In this document: piece after piece, positions 1-9,167 of the stretch
Numbering within the stretch: the stretch's first letter is position 1
Layout: every line of letters starts with the position of its first letter
Assembly (NCBI GenBank): GCA_040883295.1
Contig: JBFLKR010000195.1
Span: 1 to 33,979 of the forward strand
Direction of reading: 5' to 3'
Source: Acidimicrobiia bacterium
GTDB taxonomy: Bacteria; Actinomycetota; Acidimicrobiia; Spongiisociales; JAENVV01
DNA length: 33,979 bases
The notes under the pieces: model-generated
What the model was told of the DNA's origin: nothing
The model's database searches: none
Seen by the model: the letters and a program-made list of their open reading frames with translations, nothing else
Translations under genes and position numbers: made by a program

Positions 1-92
1 GCGGCGGTGCTTCGTAGCGTGCGGTAGGCGCCGGGAACGCGCCGCGGTGATCCGCCGTGGCGCCTTGCCCTGCTCACGATTAACGCCGTCAG

Positions 93-1298
<1,206 letters not shown>

Positions 1299-1376
1299 GC
1301 GGTCCTCCGTGGTGCGTACGTACGCTTCACAATACACGAAACAAAAAGCGTATGAGGGTGTCCGGCGCCGAGCCGT

Positions 1377-3071
1377 TCAGCGGCCGGACTCGTGGGCCTG
1401 CACCGCCGAGATGGTGTTCGGGAAGAAGCCCTCGTCACCGATCCGCTGGTACAGGGCGTAGTCCCGGAGCCGGTCCTTCACGGGACCCTTCATGCCGGCG
1501 AACGAGAGGGTGATGCCGCGGTCGCCCAGGTCGTCGAGGAGGTGCTCGAGCACCTCGGCACCGGTCGTGTCGACGTCGGTGATGGCGTTGGCCACCACCA
1601 GGACCCGCCGGATCGGTCGGTCGGCGTCGGCGAGGTACGTCTGGAGGGTGCGTCCGAAGTCGGCGGCGTTGGCGAAGAACAGGGGCGCGTCGAAGCGAAC
1701 CATGAGCAACTCGTCGACCAACTCGGCCTCCGGGTGGCGTCGCACGTCGTGGTAGCCCGGGGTGCCGACCACCCGGCCGAGCTCGGTCGAGTGCGGTCGC
1801 CACTCCTTGCGAACGAAGTTGCCGATCGACAACGCGATGGCGATCCCGATGCCCTCGAGGACGCCGATCAGGAGCACCCCGGCGAAGGCCGACGCCAGCA
1901 TCACGAACTCCGAGCGCCGCACGCGGGCGAGCCACCGGGTCTGCGGCCAGTCGAAGAGCGCGAAGGAGGCGGTGATGACGATCGCAGCGAGGGTGGGCGA
2001 GGGGAGCGCCGCGACCACGCCGGGAAGGGCCCCCAGCAACGCCACCACCCCGACGGCTGCGAAGAGGCCCGCCAGCTGGGTGCGAGCACCCACCGTGAGG
2101 GCGACCGCGGTGCGCGACGACGATGCGCTGGTGGGGAAGCCGGACACGACCCCCGAGAGCAGGTTCGCCGCCCCGAGCGCCTTGATCTCGGCATTCGGGT
2201 CGACGCGCTCCCCGGACCGGAGTGCGGTGGCGGTCGACAGTGCCCCGGTGTCGGCGAACGAGACGAGCGCCACGAGGACCGCCCCCCCGGCGAGGGCGCC
2301 GAGTGTGGCGAGGTCGAGGCTCGGGAGCGTGATCGCCGGCAACCCGCGGGGCAGGTCGCCGACCACCGACACCCCGAGTGCCTCGAGGTCGACGATCGCC
2401 CCGACGACGAGGGAACCGACGGCGGCCACCACCACGCCGGGCAGGAGCGGGGTGAGGCGGCGGGCGACGACGATGACGACGACGGAGCCGGCCGACAGCG
2501 CGAGCGCCGTGGGCACCACGGCGCCGTCGAGGGCGGCCCGTGCGGTCGCCTGCAGGGTGCCCAGGGTGTCGTCGGCGTCCACCGAGAAGCCGAGCGCCTT
2601 GGGGAGCTGGGATACGAAGACCAACACCGCGATCCCGTTCAGGTAGCCGACCCGCACGGGCTTGGACAGCAGCTCGGTGATGGCGCCGAGGCGGAGCCAG
2701 CCGGCGGCGAGGCACACGGCGCCCGCCAGGATCGAGAGGCTGGCGGCGAGCGCCACCGCCTGGTCGGCGTTGCCCGCGGCCAGCGGCAGGATGACGGCGG
2801 CGATGACCGGGGCGAGCGACGAATCGGGACCGAGGACGAGCCGTCGGTTCGGCCCCACCAGCGCATAGGCGACCAGGGCGGCGATCGTCGTGTAGATCCC
2901 GGTGATCGCCGGGAGGCCGGTCAGCTCGGCGTACGCCATGCCCTGGGGGATGAGCATGGCCGCCAGGACGGTGCCGGCGACGAGGTCGGCCCGCAGCCAA
3001 CCCGGCCGGTACGAGCGGACCGTCCTCGTCAGGGGAAGCGCGTCGAGGACCGATCCGCGAGGCCGTGCCAT
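1377..3071 (-). CDS. SulP-family anion (sulfate/bicarbonate) transporter with C-terminal STAS domain
   Basis: The C-terminal 564 aa of ORF 1377..4205 form a polytopic membrane core (LIPQGMAYAELTGLP, GANLLSG) followed by a STAS-like tail. Start is ATG 3071. The upstream part of that ORF is a shadow frame antisense to ffh. Confidence 0.9.
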   Translation of the reverse strand: MARPRGSVLDALPLTRTVRSYRPGWLRADLVAGTVLAAMLIPQGMAYAELTGLPAITGIYTTIAALVAYALVGPNRRLVLGPDSSLAPVIAAVILPLAAGNADQAVALAASLSILAGAVCLAAGWLRLGAITELLSKPVRVGYLNGIAVLVFVSQLPKALGFSVDADDTLGTLQATARAALDGAVVPTALALSAGSVVVIVVARRLTPLLPGVVVAAVGSLVVGAIVDLEALGVSVVGDLPRGLPAITLPSLDLATLGALAGGAVLVALVSFADTGALSTATALRSGERVDPNAEIKALGAANLLSGVVSGFPTSASSSRTAVALTVGARTQLAGLFAAVGVVALLGALPGVVAALPSPTLAAIVITASFALFDWPQTRWLARVRRSEFVMLASAFAGVLLIGVLEGIGIAIALSIGNFVRKEWRPHSTELGRVVGTPGYHDVRRHPEAELVDELLMVRFDAPLFFANAADFGRTLQTYLADADRPIRRVLVVANAITDVDTTGAEVLEHLLDDLGDRGITLSFAGMKGPVKDRLRDYALYQRIGDEGFFPNTISAVQAHESGR

Positions 3072-3078
3072 GCCGCCG

Positions 3079-3084
3079 AAGGTA
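3079..3084 (-). promoter_or_regulatory. -10 hexamer TACCTT, 7 nt before the sulP ATG (leaderless candidate)
   Basis: The minus strand reads TACCTT-cggcggc-ATG with no SD. Confidence 0.45.
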
Positions 3085-3179
3085 CACCGTGGACAGCTGG
3101 CGTTCACCCGACGGACAGGTGGTCGTGCAGTTCGGTGGGTGGCCGTCGCGGCCGAGGTGGGGTTGGGGGTCCCGCGCCC

Positions 3180-3185
3180 TATCCT
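3180..3185 (+). promoter_or_regulatory. -10 hexamer TATCCT, 9 nt before the ffh GTG (leaderless candidate)
   Basis: Reads TATCCT-cggggcccc-GTG with no SD. Confidence 0.45.
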
Positions 3186-3194
3186 CGGGGCCCC

Positions 3195-4604
3195 GTGTTC
3201 GACACCCTCACCGACCGCTTCACGACCGTCTTCGGGCGCCTCACCGGCAAGGGCCGCCTCAGCGAGGCCGACGTCGACACCGCCCTGCGCGAGGTCCGCC
3301 TCGCCCTGCTGGAGGCCGACGTCAACGTCTCGGTGGTCCGAGACCTCATGGACCGCATCCGCGCCCGGGCGATCGGCGCCGAGGTCCACGAATCGCTCAC
3401 CCCCGGCCAGCAGGTCGTCAAGATCGTCGACGAGGAACTCGTCACCACCCTCGGCCGCGAGCACGTCCCGCTCGCCAAGCCGTCGAGTCCGCCCCTCGTC
3501 ATCCTCATGGCGGGCCTGCAGGGCTCGGGCAAGACGACCACCTCGGCCAAGCTCGCCCGCCACCTGAAGGAGCAGGAGAGCCGGCGGCCGATGCTGGTCG
3601 CCGCCGACCTCCAGCGCCCGGCCGCCATCGATCAGCTCATCCAGTTGGGCGAGCGCATCGACGTGCCGGTCTACTCCGACCGGACCAGCCGCCCCACCCG
3701 GGTGGTCAAGGCGGCGCTCAAGGAGGCGGCCCGCGGCGGGCACGACGTCGTGATCATCGACACCGCCGGTCGCCTGCAGGTCGACGACGACCTCATGGCC
3801 GAGCTCGCCGCCATCCGCAAGGTGGCCGCCCCCGACGAGACCCTGCTGGTGGTCGACGCCATGACCGGCCAGGACGCCGTCAACGTCGCCCAGGGGTTCC
3901 TCGAGCACACCGACCTGACCGGCATCGTCCTCTCGAAGCTCGATGGCGATGCCCGCGGTGGTGCCGCCATCAGCGTCCGGGAGGTCACCGGGCGACCGAT
4001 CAAGTTCGCCGCGGTGGGGGAGGGCCTCGAGGACTTCGAGGTCTTCCACCCCGACCGCATGGCCTCCCGGATCCTCGGGATGGGCGACGTGCTCACCCTC
4101 ATCGAGAAGGCCGAGCAGGTCTGGGAGGAGGAGGAGGCCGAGCGGCTCGCCGAGCGGATGCAGCAGGCCGAGTTCGACCTCGAGGACTTCCTGTCGCAGA
4201 TGCAACAGGTCCGCCGGATGGGGGATTTGCAGGGCCTGCTGTCTATGATGCCGGGCGCCGGAGCGCTCCGTGACGTCGAGATCGACGAACGGGACCTCGC
4301 CCGGGTCGAGGCGATCATCCGCTCGATGACCCCCGAGGAGCGTCGGACCCCCAAGATCATCAACGCCTCCCGGCGGAAACGGATCGCGAGGGGCTCCGGC
4401 ACGTCACTGCAGCAGGTGAATCGTCTCCTGAAGCAGTTCGCCGACGCACGCAAGATGATGCAGGCGCTCGCCACCGGCGGGATGCCGGCCGGGATGCCCG
4501 GGATGCCGGGGATGCCGGGCGGCCTGCCCGGGGGGCGCCCACCGCAGCCGCGCAAGGCGACCAAGCCACCGCGCAACAAGAAGAAGAAGCGAAAGAAGAG
4601 GTGA
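3195..4604 (+). CDS. ffh: Signal recognition particle protein Ffh
   Basis: Carries GLQGSGKTTT, DTAGR and SKLDGDARGG GTPase motifs, a Met-rich M domain and a Lys-rich tail. The GTG start at 3195 is in frame with ORF 1392..4604 and begins VFDTLTDRF. Confidence 0.95.
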   Translation: MFDTLTDRFTTVFGRLTGKGRLSEADVDTALREVRLALLEADVNVSVVRDLMDRIRARAIGAEVHESLTPGQQVVKIVDEELVTTLGREHVPLAKPSSPPLVILMAGLQGSGKTTTSAKLARHLKEQESRRPMLVAADLQRPAAIDQLIQLGERIDVPVYSDRTSRPTRVVKAALKEAARGGHDVVIIDTAGRLQVDDDLMAELAAIRKVAAPDETLLVVDAMTGQDAVNVAQGFLEHTDLTGIVLSKLDGDARGGAAISVREVTGRPIKFAAVGEGLEDFEVFHPDRMASRILGMGDVLTLIEKAEQVWEEEEAERLAERMQQAEFDLEDFLSQMQQVRRMGDLQGLLSMMPGAGALRDVEIDERDLARVEAIIRSMTPEERRTPKIINASRRKRIARGSGTSLQQVNRLLKQFADARKMMQALATGGMPAGMPGMPGMPGGLPGGRPPQPRKATKPPRNKKKKRKKR

Positions 4605-4608
4605 ACGG

Positions 4609-5079
4609 ATGGCGGTCAAGATCCGCCTGAAGCGGATGGGCAAGCGGAAGCAGCCCGTCTACCGCGTGGTCGTCTCCGACTCCCGCAAGGCGCGCAGCGC
4701 CGACTACATCGAGGCGATCGGCTTCTACGACCCCCGCCAGGAGCCGTCCCTCATCGAGATCGAGAACGAGCGTGCCGTCGACTGGCTCTCCAAGGGCGCC
4801 CAGCCCACCGAGGCCGCCCGCAAGCTGCTGGAGATCTCGGGCGCTTGGACCGACTTCAAGATCGCCCGCGGCGAGGTGTTGACGGTGGGGGCCAGCCCCG
4901 CTGCCGAGGAACCCATGGAGGAGCCTGCCGCCGAGGCCGCAGAGCCCGCCCCCGAGGCCGAGGAGCCGACCCCCGAGGCGGCCGAGGCCGACGCTGAGCC
5001 CGACGACGAGGCCGATGACGAGGCCGACACCGAGGAGACCTCGTCAGACGAGGACGCCTCCGACGACGAGGACGAGTGA
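4609..5079 (+). CDS. rpsP: 30S ribosomal protein S16 with an acidic E/A/P/D C-terminal extension of about 75 aa
   Basis: Begins MAVKIRLKRMGKRKQPVYRVVV. GAGGTGA lies 4 nt upstream of the ATG. Confidence 0.95.
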   Translation: MAVKIRLKRMGKRKQPVYRVVVSDSRKARSADYIEAIGFYDPRQEPSLIEIENERAVDWLSKGAQPTEAARKLLEISGAWTDFKIARGEVLTVGASPAAEEPMEEPAAEAAEPAPEAEEPTPEAAEADAEPDDEADDEADTEETSSDEDASDDEDE

Positions 5080-5330
5080 TGGCCAAGGGTGAGATCGTCG
5101 AGCGCGTCGTCCGGTACATCGTGCGGGAGATCGTCGACAACCCCGAAGAGGTCACCGTCGAGATCGTCGAGGACGGTCCCGACCGGGTCACCGCCGAGGT
5201 CCAGACGGCCAAGTCGGACATGGGCCGGGTCATCGGCAAGCGTGGCCGCGTCGCCAACGCCATCCGCACCATCGCCGCTGCGGCGGCCGAGGAGGAGGGC
5301 CTCGAGGCGGGCGTTGAGTTCCTCGACTGA
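5076..5330 (+). CDS. KH-domain RNA-binding protein (YlqC/UPF0109 family)
   Basis: Contains the GRVIGKRGRVANAIR KH motif in the conserved position between rpsP and rimM. The start is GTG 5076 or ATG 5079, overlapping the rpsP stop. Confidence 0.85.
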   Translation: MMAKGEIVERVVRYIVREIVDNPEEVTVEIVEDGPDRVTAEVQTAKSDMGRVIGKRGRVANAIRTIAAAAAEEEGLEAGVEFLD

Positions 5331-5859
5331 GGGGACGGACACGGGACGCCAGGCACCGGCCGAGGGGCACGACACCGTCGTCGTCGGCATCCTCGGCAAG
5401 GCCCATGCCCTGCGGGGTGAGGTGGAACTCGTGACCGGCTCCGACGAACCGGAGCGGCTCGGTCCACCGGCCGTCTTCCCCGGGCCCGGCGGGTCCACGC
5501 TCACCGCCGCCGGCCTGCGTCGCCACGGTGATCGGTGGATGATCTCCTTCGAGGAGGTCGCCGACCGTACCGCCGCCGAGCGTCTGCGGGGATTCGAGTT
5601 GCGGATCCCCGCCGGGGCCCGTCGCGAGCTCCCCGCCGACGAGTGGTGGCCCGAGGACCTCGTCGGGCTCGCCGTGGTCGACGTCGATGGAACGTCCCTC
5701 GGCATGGTGGCCGACCTCGTGCTCGGCGCCGCCCAGGATCGCCTCGTGGTCGACGGTCCTTCGGGTCGCTTCGAGGTGCCGTTCGTGGCGGCGCTCGTCC
5801 CCGAGGTCGACATCGCCGCCGGCCGCGTGGTGGTCGACCTCCCCCCCAACCTCCCCTGA
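5314..5859 (+). CDS. rimM: 16S rRNA processing protein RimM
   Basis: Shows the VVVGILGKAHALRGEV signature and a PRC-barrel-like C-terminus. There is no ATG or GTG near the N-terminus. TTG 5314 is the only canonical alternative start, so the start is uncertain. Confidence 0.8.
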   Translation: MSSSTEGTDTGRQAPAEGHDTVVVGILGKAHALRGEVELVTGSDEPERLGPPAVFPGPGGSTLTAAGLRRHGDRWMISFEEVADRTAAERLRGFELRIPAGARRELPADEWWPEDLVGLAVVDVDGTSLGMVADLVLGAAQDRLVVDGPSGRFEVPFVAALVPEVDIAAGRVVVDLPPNLP

Positions 5860-5861
5860 CT

Positions 5862-5943
5862 CCAACCCAGGGTTGTGGGCGTCGCCCGATTGCCCACCCT
5901 GGGTTGTGAGCGGCGGATTCCGACGGACACGGCCCCCAGAACG
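5862..5943 (+). repeat. 82-nt structured intergenic repeat, copy A (two tandem units of about 24 nt plus a degenerate inverted unit)
   Basis: About 63/82 identical to the reverse complement of 7120-7201. It contains the palindromes CAACCCAGGGTTG (5863-5875) and CCACCCTGGGTTG (5894-5906). The 21-mer TGTGAGCGGCGGATTCCGACG at 5905-5925 recurs at 7132-7152. Confidence 0.8.
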
Positions 5944-5973
5944 AACGCCGCGCGCCCGGCCGGCCACCGCCCC

Positions 5974-5979
5974 TACCCT
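5974..5979 (+). promoter_or_regulatory. -10 hexamer TACCCT, 8 nt before the cofG ATG (leaderless candidate)
   Basis: Reads TACCCT-cccgccgc-ATG with no SD. Confidence 0.45.
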
Positions 5980-5987
5980 CCCGCCGC

Positions 5988-7115
5988 ATGGATCGAGACC
6001 ACGCCGTCGCCCTGCTCGAGGGACGCGCCGACGCCGCCGACCTCATGGCCGAGGCCCGGGCGATCCGCGACGAGGCCTGGGGTCGCACCGTCACCTATTC
6101 CCGCAAGGTGTTCATCCCCCTCACGACCCTCTGCAACTCGGTCTGCACCTACTGCACCTTCGCCAAGCCGCCCGGCAACGGGGGGGAGTACCTCGTCCCC
6201 GACGACGTGCTCGCCATCGCCCGCGCCGGTGCCGCCCACGGCTGTACCGAGGCCCTCTTCACACTCGGCGACCGACCCGAGCTCCGCTGGCCACAGGCGC
6301 GGGCCTTCCTGGCCGAGCACGGCCATGACACCACGCTCGGCTACGTCGCCGAGATGAGTCGGTTGGTGCTGGAGGAGACGGGGGTGTTCCCCCACGCCAA
6401 CCCCGGCATACTCGACGACGAGGCGGTGGCCCTGCTGCGACCGTCCAACCCCTCGATGGGGATGATGCTGGAGAACGTCTCGCCCCGCCTCACCGAGCCG
6501 GGCATGCCCCACGAGCGTGCTCCCGAGAAGGATCCCTCCCTGCGGGTCGCCACGATCGAGGCCGCCGGGCGGGGGCGGGTGCCGTTCACGACCGGGGTGC
6601 TGGTGGGGATCGGGGAGACGAGTGCCGAGCTCGTCGACTCGCTCGTCGTCCTTGCCGAGCTGGCCCACCGCCACGGGGGGATCCAGGAGGTCATCGTCCA
6701 GAACTTCCGGGCGAAGGCCGACACTCGCATGCGGCGGAGCCCCGAGCCGGTCCCCGCCTACTTCGCCCGTGCAGTGGCCCTCGCCCGGGTGCTGCTGCCG
6801 TCGGAGGTCTCGGTGCAGGTACCACCCAATCTCACCGAGCGCTACGAGACGCTGCTCGACGCCGGCATCAACGACTGGGGCGGGGTCAGCCCGCTGACCA
6901 TCGATTGGGTCAACCCCGACCAGCCGTGGCCACACCTCGAGGAGTTGGCCGCTCGGACGACTGCCGCCGGCTTCGAGCTGCGGCCTCGACTCCCGGTGTA
7001 CCCCCGCTATCTCGACCCCGGGTGGCTGGATGCCGGACTCGTCGACCGGGTGCTGGCCGCGGCCGACGACGACGGCTGGGCGAGTCCGGCGGTGACCGGT
7101 GTCGCCGTCGGGTAG
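5988..7115 (+). CDS. cofG: 7,8-didemethyl-8-hydroxy-5-deazariboflavin (FO) synthase subunit CofG, radical SAM
   Basis: Has the CNSVCTYC radical-SAM cluster motif and GGIQEVIVQNFRAK. Overall it resembles the CofG / FbiC N-terminal half. Confidence 0.9.
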   Translation: MDRDHAVALLEGRADAADLMAEARAIRDEAWGRTVTYSRKVFIPLTTLCNSVCTYCTFAKPPGNGGEYLVPDDVLAIARAGAAHGCTEALFTLGDRPELRWPQARAFLAEHGHDTTLGYVAEMSRLVLEETGVFPHANPGILDDEAVALLRPSNPSMGMMLENVSPRLTEPGMPHERAPEKDPSLRVATIEAAGRGRVPFTTGVLVGIGETSAELVDSLVVLAELAHRHGGIQEVIVQNFRAKADTRMRRSPEPVPAYFARAVALARVLLPSEVSVQVPPNLTERYETLLDAGINDWGGVSPLTIDWVNPDQPWPHLEELAARTTAAGFELRPRLPVYPRYLDPGWLDAGLVDRVLAAADDDGWASPAVTGVAVG

Positions 7116-7119
7116 GGCT

Positions 7120-7201
7120 CCTTCTGTGGGCTGTGAGCGGCGGATTCCGACGCCCACGACCCAGGGTTGGCCGATGGCCGACGCTCACAACCCAGGGTTG
7201 G
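7120..7201 (-). repeat. 82-nt structured intergenic repeat, copy B (inverted relative to copy A)
   Basis: The reverse complement aligns to 5862-5943. It holds the tandem units CCGACGCCCACGACCCAGGGTTGG (7147-7170) and CCGACGCTCACAACCCAGGGTTGG (7177-7200). An internal imperfect hairpin is GTGAGCGGCGG-ATT-CCGACGCCCAC. Confidence 0.8.
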
Positions 7202-7228
7202 CACGCGGTGGTCCCCGGGGGCGGGGCC

Positions 7229-7234
7229 TAGGGT
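7229..7234 (+). promoter_or_regulatory. -10 hexamer TAGGGT, 7 nt before the cofH ATG (leaderless candidate)
   Basis: Reads TAGGGT-gccgccg-ATGATG with no SD. Confidence 0.45.
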
Positions 7235-7241
7235 GCCGCCG

Positions 7242-9113
7242 ATGATGCAACGGCCCGTCACGTTCCTCCGGCTGCGGCCCGCCGAGGCCATCCATGCGGT
7301 GAGCGCCACCACCCGCCGACGGGAGGGGACCACGGCACTCGAGGCCGCGGCGCCGGACGCCGGCGAGGTGGCCGCCGCCCACGCCGGCGGGGTGCTCGTG
7401 GTCGCCGCCGATCCCACCGCCCCGGCCGATGCCTGGGTGCTCACCCCCGACGCCGCCGAGTCCCTCCTCGACGCGCCGCCGGCCGGGTGGCGCCTCACGA
7501 TCACCGCCGACGCCGCCGACGAAGCCGTCCTCGACGCCCTCGCCCGCACCGACGCCCGCTTCCTGCGCACGGGCCGCTCCCGGGTCGCCCAAGCCGCCGC
7601 CATCGCGGGGCTACCCGGGTTGGCGGCACGACCGCGGGTCAGCGTGTTCGCCGACGCGGTGGCCGACGCCGTCGACGCCGTGGCGGCGGGAGCCGAGGAC
7701 CTGCTGCTGCGCGACTGGGACACCGAGCGCCTCGGCGAGCTCCGGGATGCGCTCGACGTGGCGCTCGTCGAGCGGACCGCGCTGGGCATCGACGTCACCG
7801 CCGACGACGCCCGCGCCGAACTCGGCGCCGATGCCTTCGAGGCCTGGCTCAACCTCGTCGACGGGAGCGGCCTCGTCCGCCCCCGCCACGGCTGGGCGCC
7901 CGGCAAGGACGAGGAGCCCCCGATCCCCCCACGCCGGCTGTCGGTCCAGTGGGCCGACGCCGCCTGGGTCTCGGGCGCCGATCCAGCCGACCCGACCGAG
8001 GCCAGCCGGCCGATCGCGGCGGTGCTCGAGCGGTCCTTGGCCGGCACTCCGCCGACTCGTGACGACGTCGAGCTGCTGTTCTCGGCCCGAGGCCGGGACG
8101 TCGAGGCGATCGCACTCGCCGCCGACCGGCTGCGGGCCCAGCGGGTGGGGGACACCGTCACCTACGTGGTCAACCGCAACATCAACTACACGAACCTCTG
8201 CTACTTCCGGTGCGGGTTCTGCGCCTTCTCCAAGGGCCCCCGCAGCCTCAACCTGCGGGGCGAGCCCTATCTGATGGGCCTCGAGGAGATCGTGGCCGCC
8301 GCCACCGAGGCGGTCGGGCGAGGCGCCACCGAGTTGACCCTCCAGGGCGGGATCCATCCCGACTTCACCGGCAACTTCTACGTCGACGTGGTCAAGGCCC
8401 TCAAGGAGGCCCACCCCGACCTCCACCTCCACGGGTTCACCCCCCTCGAGGTCTGGCAGGGCGCCGAGACGCTCGGGACCACCGTGCCGGCGTTCCTCGA
8501 GGAGCTGCGTGACGCCGGCCTCGGCTCGCTGCCGGGTACCGCCGCCGAGATCCTCGACGACGACGTGCGGCGCCACCTCTGCCCCGACAAGATCCGCACC
8601 GCCGAGTGGGCCTGGGTGATGGCCACCGCCCACCGACTCGGCCTCGGGTCCACGGCGACGATGATGTTCGGCCACGTCGACGGCCCGCGGTCGTGGGCCA
8701 ACCACCTGGAGGTCATCCGTCGGGTCCAGGCCGAGACCGGCGGATTCACCGAGTTCGTCCCGCTCCCGTTCGTGCACATGGGCGCCCCCATCTGGCTGCG
8801 GGGCCGTAGCCGCCCCGGCCCGACCTGGGACGAGGTGGTCCTCGTCCACGCCGTCGCCCGCCTGGCGTTCGACGGGCTCATCCCCAACATCCAGGCGTCG
8901 TGGGTGAAGCTCGGCCTCGGCGGGGGACAGCGACTCCTGTCGGCGGGGTGCAACGACTTCGGGGGGACCCTCATGGGTGAGATCATCACGCGATCGGCGG
9001 GTGCGGCCCACGGCCAGGAGGTGACCCCGGCCGAGTTCGAGGACGCCATCGCCGCCATCGGCCGGGTCCCCGCCCAGCGCACCACTCGTTACGAGATCCT
9101 GTCGGGCGCCTGA
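7242..9113 (+). CDS. cofH: FO synthase subunit CofH (radical SAM) with an uncharacterised N-terminal extension of about 250 aa
   Basis: The C-terminal ~370 aa carry CYFRCGFC and GGIHPD and match the CofH / FbiC C-terminal half. The N-terminal Ala/Asp-rich region has strong GC3 bias in this frame. I moved the start from TTG 7167, which lies inside the repeat, to ATG 7242. Confidence 0.85.
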   Translation: MMQRPVTFLRLRPAEAIHAVSATTRRREGTTALEAAAPDAGEVAAAHAGGVLVVAADPTAPADAWVLTPDAAESLLDAPPAGWRLTITADAADEAVLDALARTDARFLRTGRSRVAQAAAIAGLPGLAARPRVSVFADAVADAVDAVAAGAEDLLLRDWDTERLGELRDALDVALVERTALGIDVTADDARAELGADAFEAWLNLVDGSGLVRPRHGWAPGKDEEPPIPPRRLSVQWADAAWVSGADPADPTEASRPIAAVLERSLAGTPPTRDDVELLFSARGRDVEAIALAADRLRAQRVGDTVTYVVNRNINYTNLCYFRCGFCAFSKGPRSLNLRGEPYLMGLEEIVAAATEAVGRGATELTLQGGIHPDFTGNFYVDVVKALKEAHPDLHLHGFTPLEVWQGAETLGTTVPAFLEELRDAGLGSLPGTAAEILDDDVRRHLCPDKIRTAEWAWVMATAHRLGLGSTATMMFGHVDGPRSWANHLEVIRRVQAETGGFTEFVPLPFVHMGAPIWLRGRSRPGPTWDEVVLVHAVARLAFDGLIPNIQASWVKLGLGGGQRLLSAGCNDFGGTLMGEIITRSAGAAHGQEVTPAEFEDAIAAIGRVPAQRTTRYEILSGA

Positions 9114-9120
9114 CGCGGGT

Positions 9121-9160
9121 GGGCCCGGCCTCGCCGGCCGGAGCCGACGCGACCGGGCCC
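9121..9160. terminator. Possible bidirectional hairpin between convergent cofH and the acidic gene
   Basis: GGGCCCGG (9121-9128) pairs with CCGGGCCC (9153-9160). There is no U-tract, so this is a weak call. Confidence 0.25.
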
Positions 9161-9167
9161 GGGGTGG

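Noticed and set aside
1392-3194. The 600-codon N-terminal extension of the 1070-aa ORF that contains ffh. Similar very long ORFs occur at 300..1355, 1435..3087 and 3671..4579.
   Set aside because: These are antisense or out of frame relative to sulP, icd and ffh. Their composition is Arg/Gly/Pro/Asp-rich and lacks the third-position GC bias of the real frames. They are typical shadow ORFs of high-GC DNA.
7113-7241. cofG and cofH are in the same reading frame, which suggests a read-through or recently split fused FbiC.
   Set aside because: Two in-frame stops (TAG 7113 and TGA 7134) separate them. The spacer is the structured repeat, and cofH has its own TAGGGT-7-ATG start signal. A shared frame is a 1-in-3 coincidence.
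7167-7241. The TTG 7167 start given by the ORF track for cofH (MADGRRSQPRVG...).
   Set aside because: These 25 codons are encoded by repeat copy B. The same RRSQPRVG-type peptide appears in several spurious ORFs that cross the repeats. ATG 7242 has the promoter geometry shared with 11 other genes.
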